From a candidate division FCPU426 bacterium (lineage in GTDB: Bacteria > Oederibacteriota > Muellerivitia > Muellerivitales > Muellerivitaceae), in assembly GCA_963830915.1 (NCBI GenBank), contig CAWHOE010000026.1:1-25404 (forward strand): a stretch of DNA of 25,404 nucleotides, read 5' to 3'. Both the position numbers and the translations under genes were made by a program. Under the pieces are notes generated by a model, which had not been told where the DNA came from, searched no databases, and worked only from the letters and a program-made list of their open reading frames with translations. Within the stretch, counting starts at the first letter, position 1; the number at the start of each line of letters is the position of its first letter. Positions 24,072 through 25,404 of this stretch are shown piece after piece.

Positions 24072-25259
24072 ATGGGGAAAATGTCTGATCCGATCGTTGT
24101 GACAGGTTTCGGTATGGTGACGCCCTTGGGGGCGGATTCCGCCATCACTTGGAAATCCTTGATGGCTGGTGAATCGGCCAATCGCCCCTTAAAAGGCGTT
24201 GAGTGGAGTGATTTCAAGTTTCCCATGGCCGCCCAAGCCCTTGAGGCATGGATACCCAAAAAACTATTGAAGCGGGACCGGTCCCTCCAGTTGGCGGTTC
24301 TGGCCGCCGAAGAAGCGTGGAAAAAATCCAATTTGTCCAAGGTGCCACCCGAACGTATCGGAACGACCTTTTCTTCCAGCAAGGGAGGGGTGTTAAGCCT
24401 CCTGGATACAAAGTTGGACCCGTTCGTTAAATGGGACTTCTTGACCGACTACTTTCCCAGTGCAGGCGGGCGTTTACTTGCCGAAAGGTTAGGGTTTTCC
24501 GGGCCGGCCATCTCTTTTTCGTCCGCCTGTTCCACTGGGATCGGCAGTATCGCCGGAGGCGCGAGGCTTCTGGAAGACGGCGAATGCGACGCTGTCCTTA
24601 CCGGAAGCACCGAATCCTCGATACATCCCTTGATCTACGCCGCTTTCCGGAACATGGGTATCTTGAGCGAGAAAGCGGGAGGGCCAGCTCCTTTTGATGT
24701 TCAAAGGGATGGATTCCTGATGGGTGAGGGGTCCGCGATCCTGATATTGGAGAAAGAAAGCTCAGCCAAGGCAAGACGAGCGCCTCTTTCGGCCAGATTG
24801 TCGGGCTGGGCCTTGGGCGGGGACGCCTATGAGGCTTTGGAGATGGAACCGAACGGCCAAACGATTGTGCCGGTCATTCAAAGGGCGCTCAAAATGGCCG
24901 GGTTAAAACCGGAGGATATCGGATATATCAATGCCCATGGAACAGGGACAAAACACAATGACCTGGTGGAATCCAGGGCGCTTTTCGAGCTATTCGGGGA
25001 AAAACGGACATGGGTCAGTTCCACCAAGGGCTCGACGGGGCATTTGCTTGGGGCGGCGGGAAGCGTTGAGGCGGTCTTGGCGGTCTTGGCTTTGAACCAA
25101 GGGGAATTGCCGGATACCAGGAACCTTGAAAACCCCGACCCCCAATGTCGGATCATGCATGTTGAAAAGGGTGGTATGAAGAAAAAGGTGGATCATGTCC
25201 TTTCTCTTTCCTATGGTTTTGGCGGACAATTAGGCGCGGTTATCTTTTCGAAAACTTAA
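24072..25259 (+). CDS. fabF: Beta-ketoacyl-ACP synthase II-like (KAS family)
   Basis: VVTGFGMVTPLG, catalytic SSACSTG, PFD..RDGF.MGEG, INAHGTGT, STKGSTGHLLGAAG and SLSYGFGG. Confidence 0.85.
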   Translation: MGKMSDPIVVTGFGMVTPLGADSAITWKSLMAGESANRPLKGVEWSDFKFPMAAQALEAWIPKKLLKRDRSLQLAVLAAEEAWKKSNLSKVPPERIGTTFSSSKGGVLSLLDTKLDPFVKWDFLTDYFPSAGGRLLAERLGFSGPAISFSSACSTGIGSIAGGARLLEDGECDAVLTGSTESSIHPLIYAAFRNMGILSEKAGGPAPFDVQRDGFLMGEGSAILILEKESSAKARRAPLSARLSGWALGGDAYEALEMEPNGQTIVPVIQRALKMAGLKPEDIGYINAHGTGTKHNDLVESRALFELFGEKRTWVSSTKGSTGHLLGAAGSVEAVLAVLALNQGELPDTRNLENPDPQCRIMHVEKGGMKKKVDHVLSLSYGFGGQLGAVIFSKT

Positions 25260-25276
25260 ACAGCGAAAATGTTTTG

Positions 25277-25358
25277 CCACAGATGAACACAGATTAACAC
25301 GGATGGGAAAAAGTCTAATTCCGGAATCCTTATCAATATCTAATCGGAGTTAATCTGT
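25277..25358. repeat. Second 10-nt-unit repeat element with a partial inverted arm
   Basis: CCACAGATGAACACAGATTAACACGGAT (25277-25304). ATCGGAGTTAATCTGT (25343-25358) is 14/16 reverse-complementary to the inner part of that arm. Confidence 0.75.
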
Positions 25359-25373
25359 ATCAGTAAACTGCAG

Positions 25374-25399
25374 AATCTTCTCGTCGCGAGAAGATTTTT
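25374..25399 (+). terminator. Perfect 10-bp hairpin with a short T-run, possible terminator
   Basis: AATCTTCTCG-TCG-CGAGAAGATT followed by TTT. Confidence 0.5.
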
Positions 25400-25404
25400 A
25401 GACT

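Overview
A GC-rich bacterial window, probably from a diderm: it carries a porin C-terminus, a Sec-exported PstS and an AsmA-like protein. The taxon cannot be fixed from sequence alone. The first ~11.2 kb is a phosphate locus: porin end, pstS-pstC-pstA-pstB-phoU, then DUF47 plus a PiT transporter. Between the two transport systems sits a terminator-bounded cheA-cheW-MCP trio with no cheY/B/R. The trio looks systematically degenerate: the Hpt has no phospho-accepting His, the MCP tip and methylation motifs are altered, and cheA has a frameshift. PHO-box-like repeats lie in an activating position at pstS and a repressing position at DUF47-pit. The rest is csp, a bshB1-like deacetylase, recA with an unusual upstream palindrome, an AsmA-like protein, an MFS transporter, a frameshifted metallophosphoesterase, an AT-rich orphan, mazG, a membrane protein with two catalytically degenerate Mrr-like domains, a hyper-acidic protein, a Yip1-like protein, and fabG/fabF-like genes. 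The fabF-like gene is flanked by inverted repeats built from 10-nt units. No rRNA, tRNA, CRISPR array or transposase was seen. All family calls come from motif recognition by eye, not database searches.
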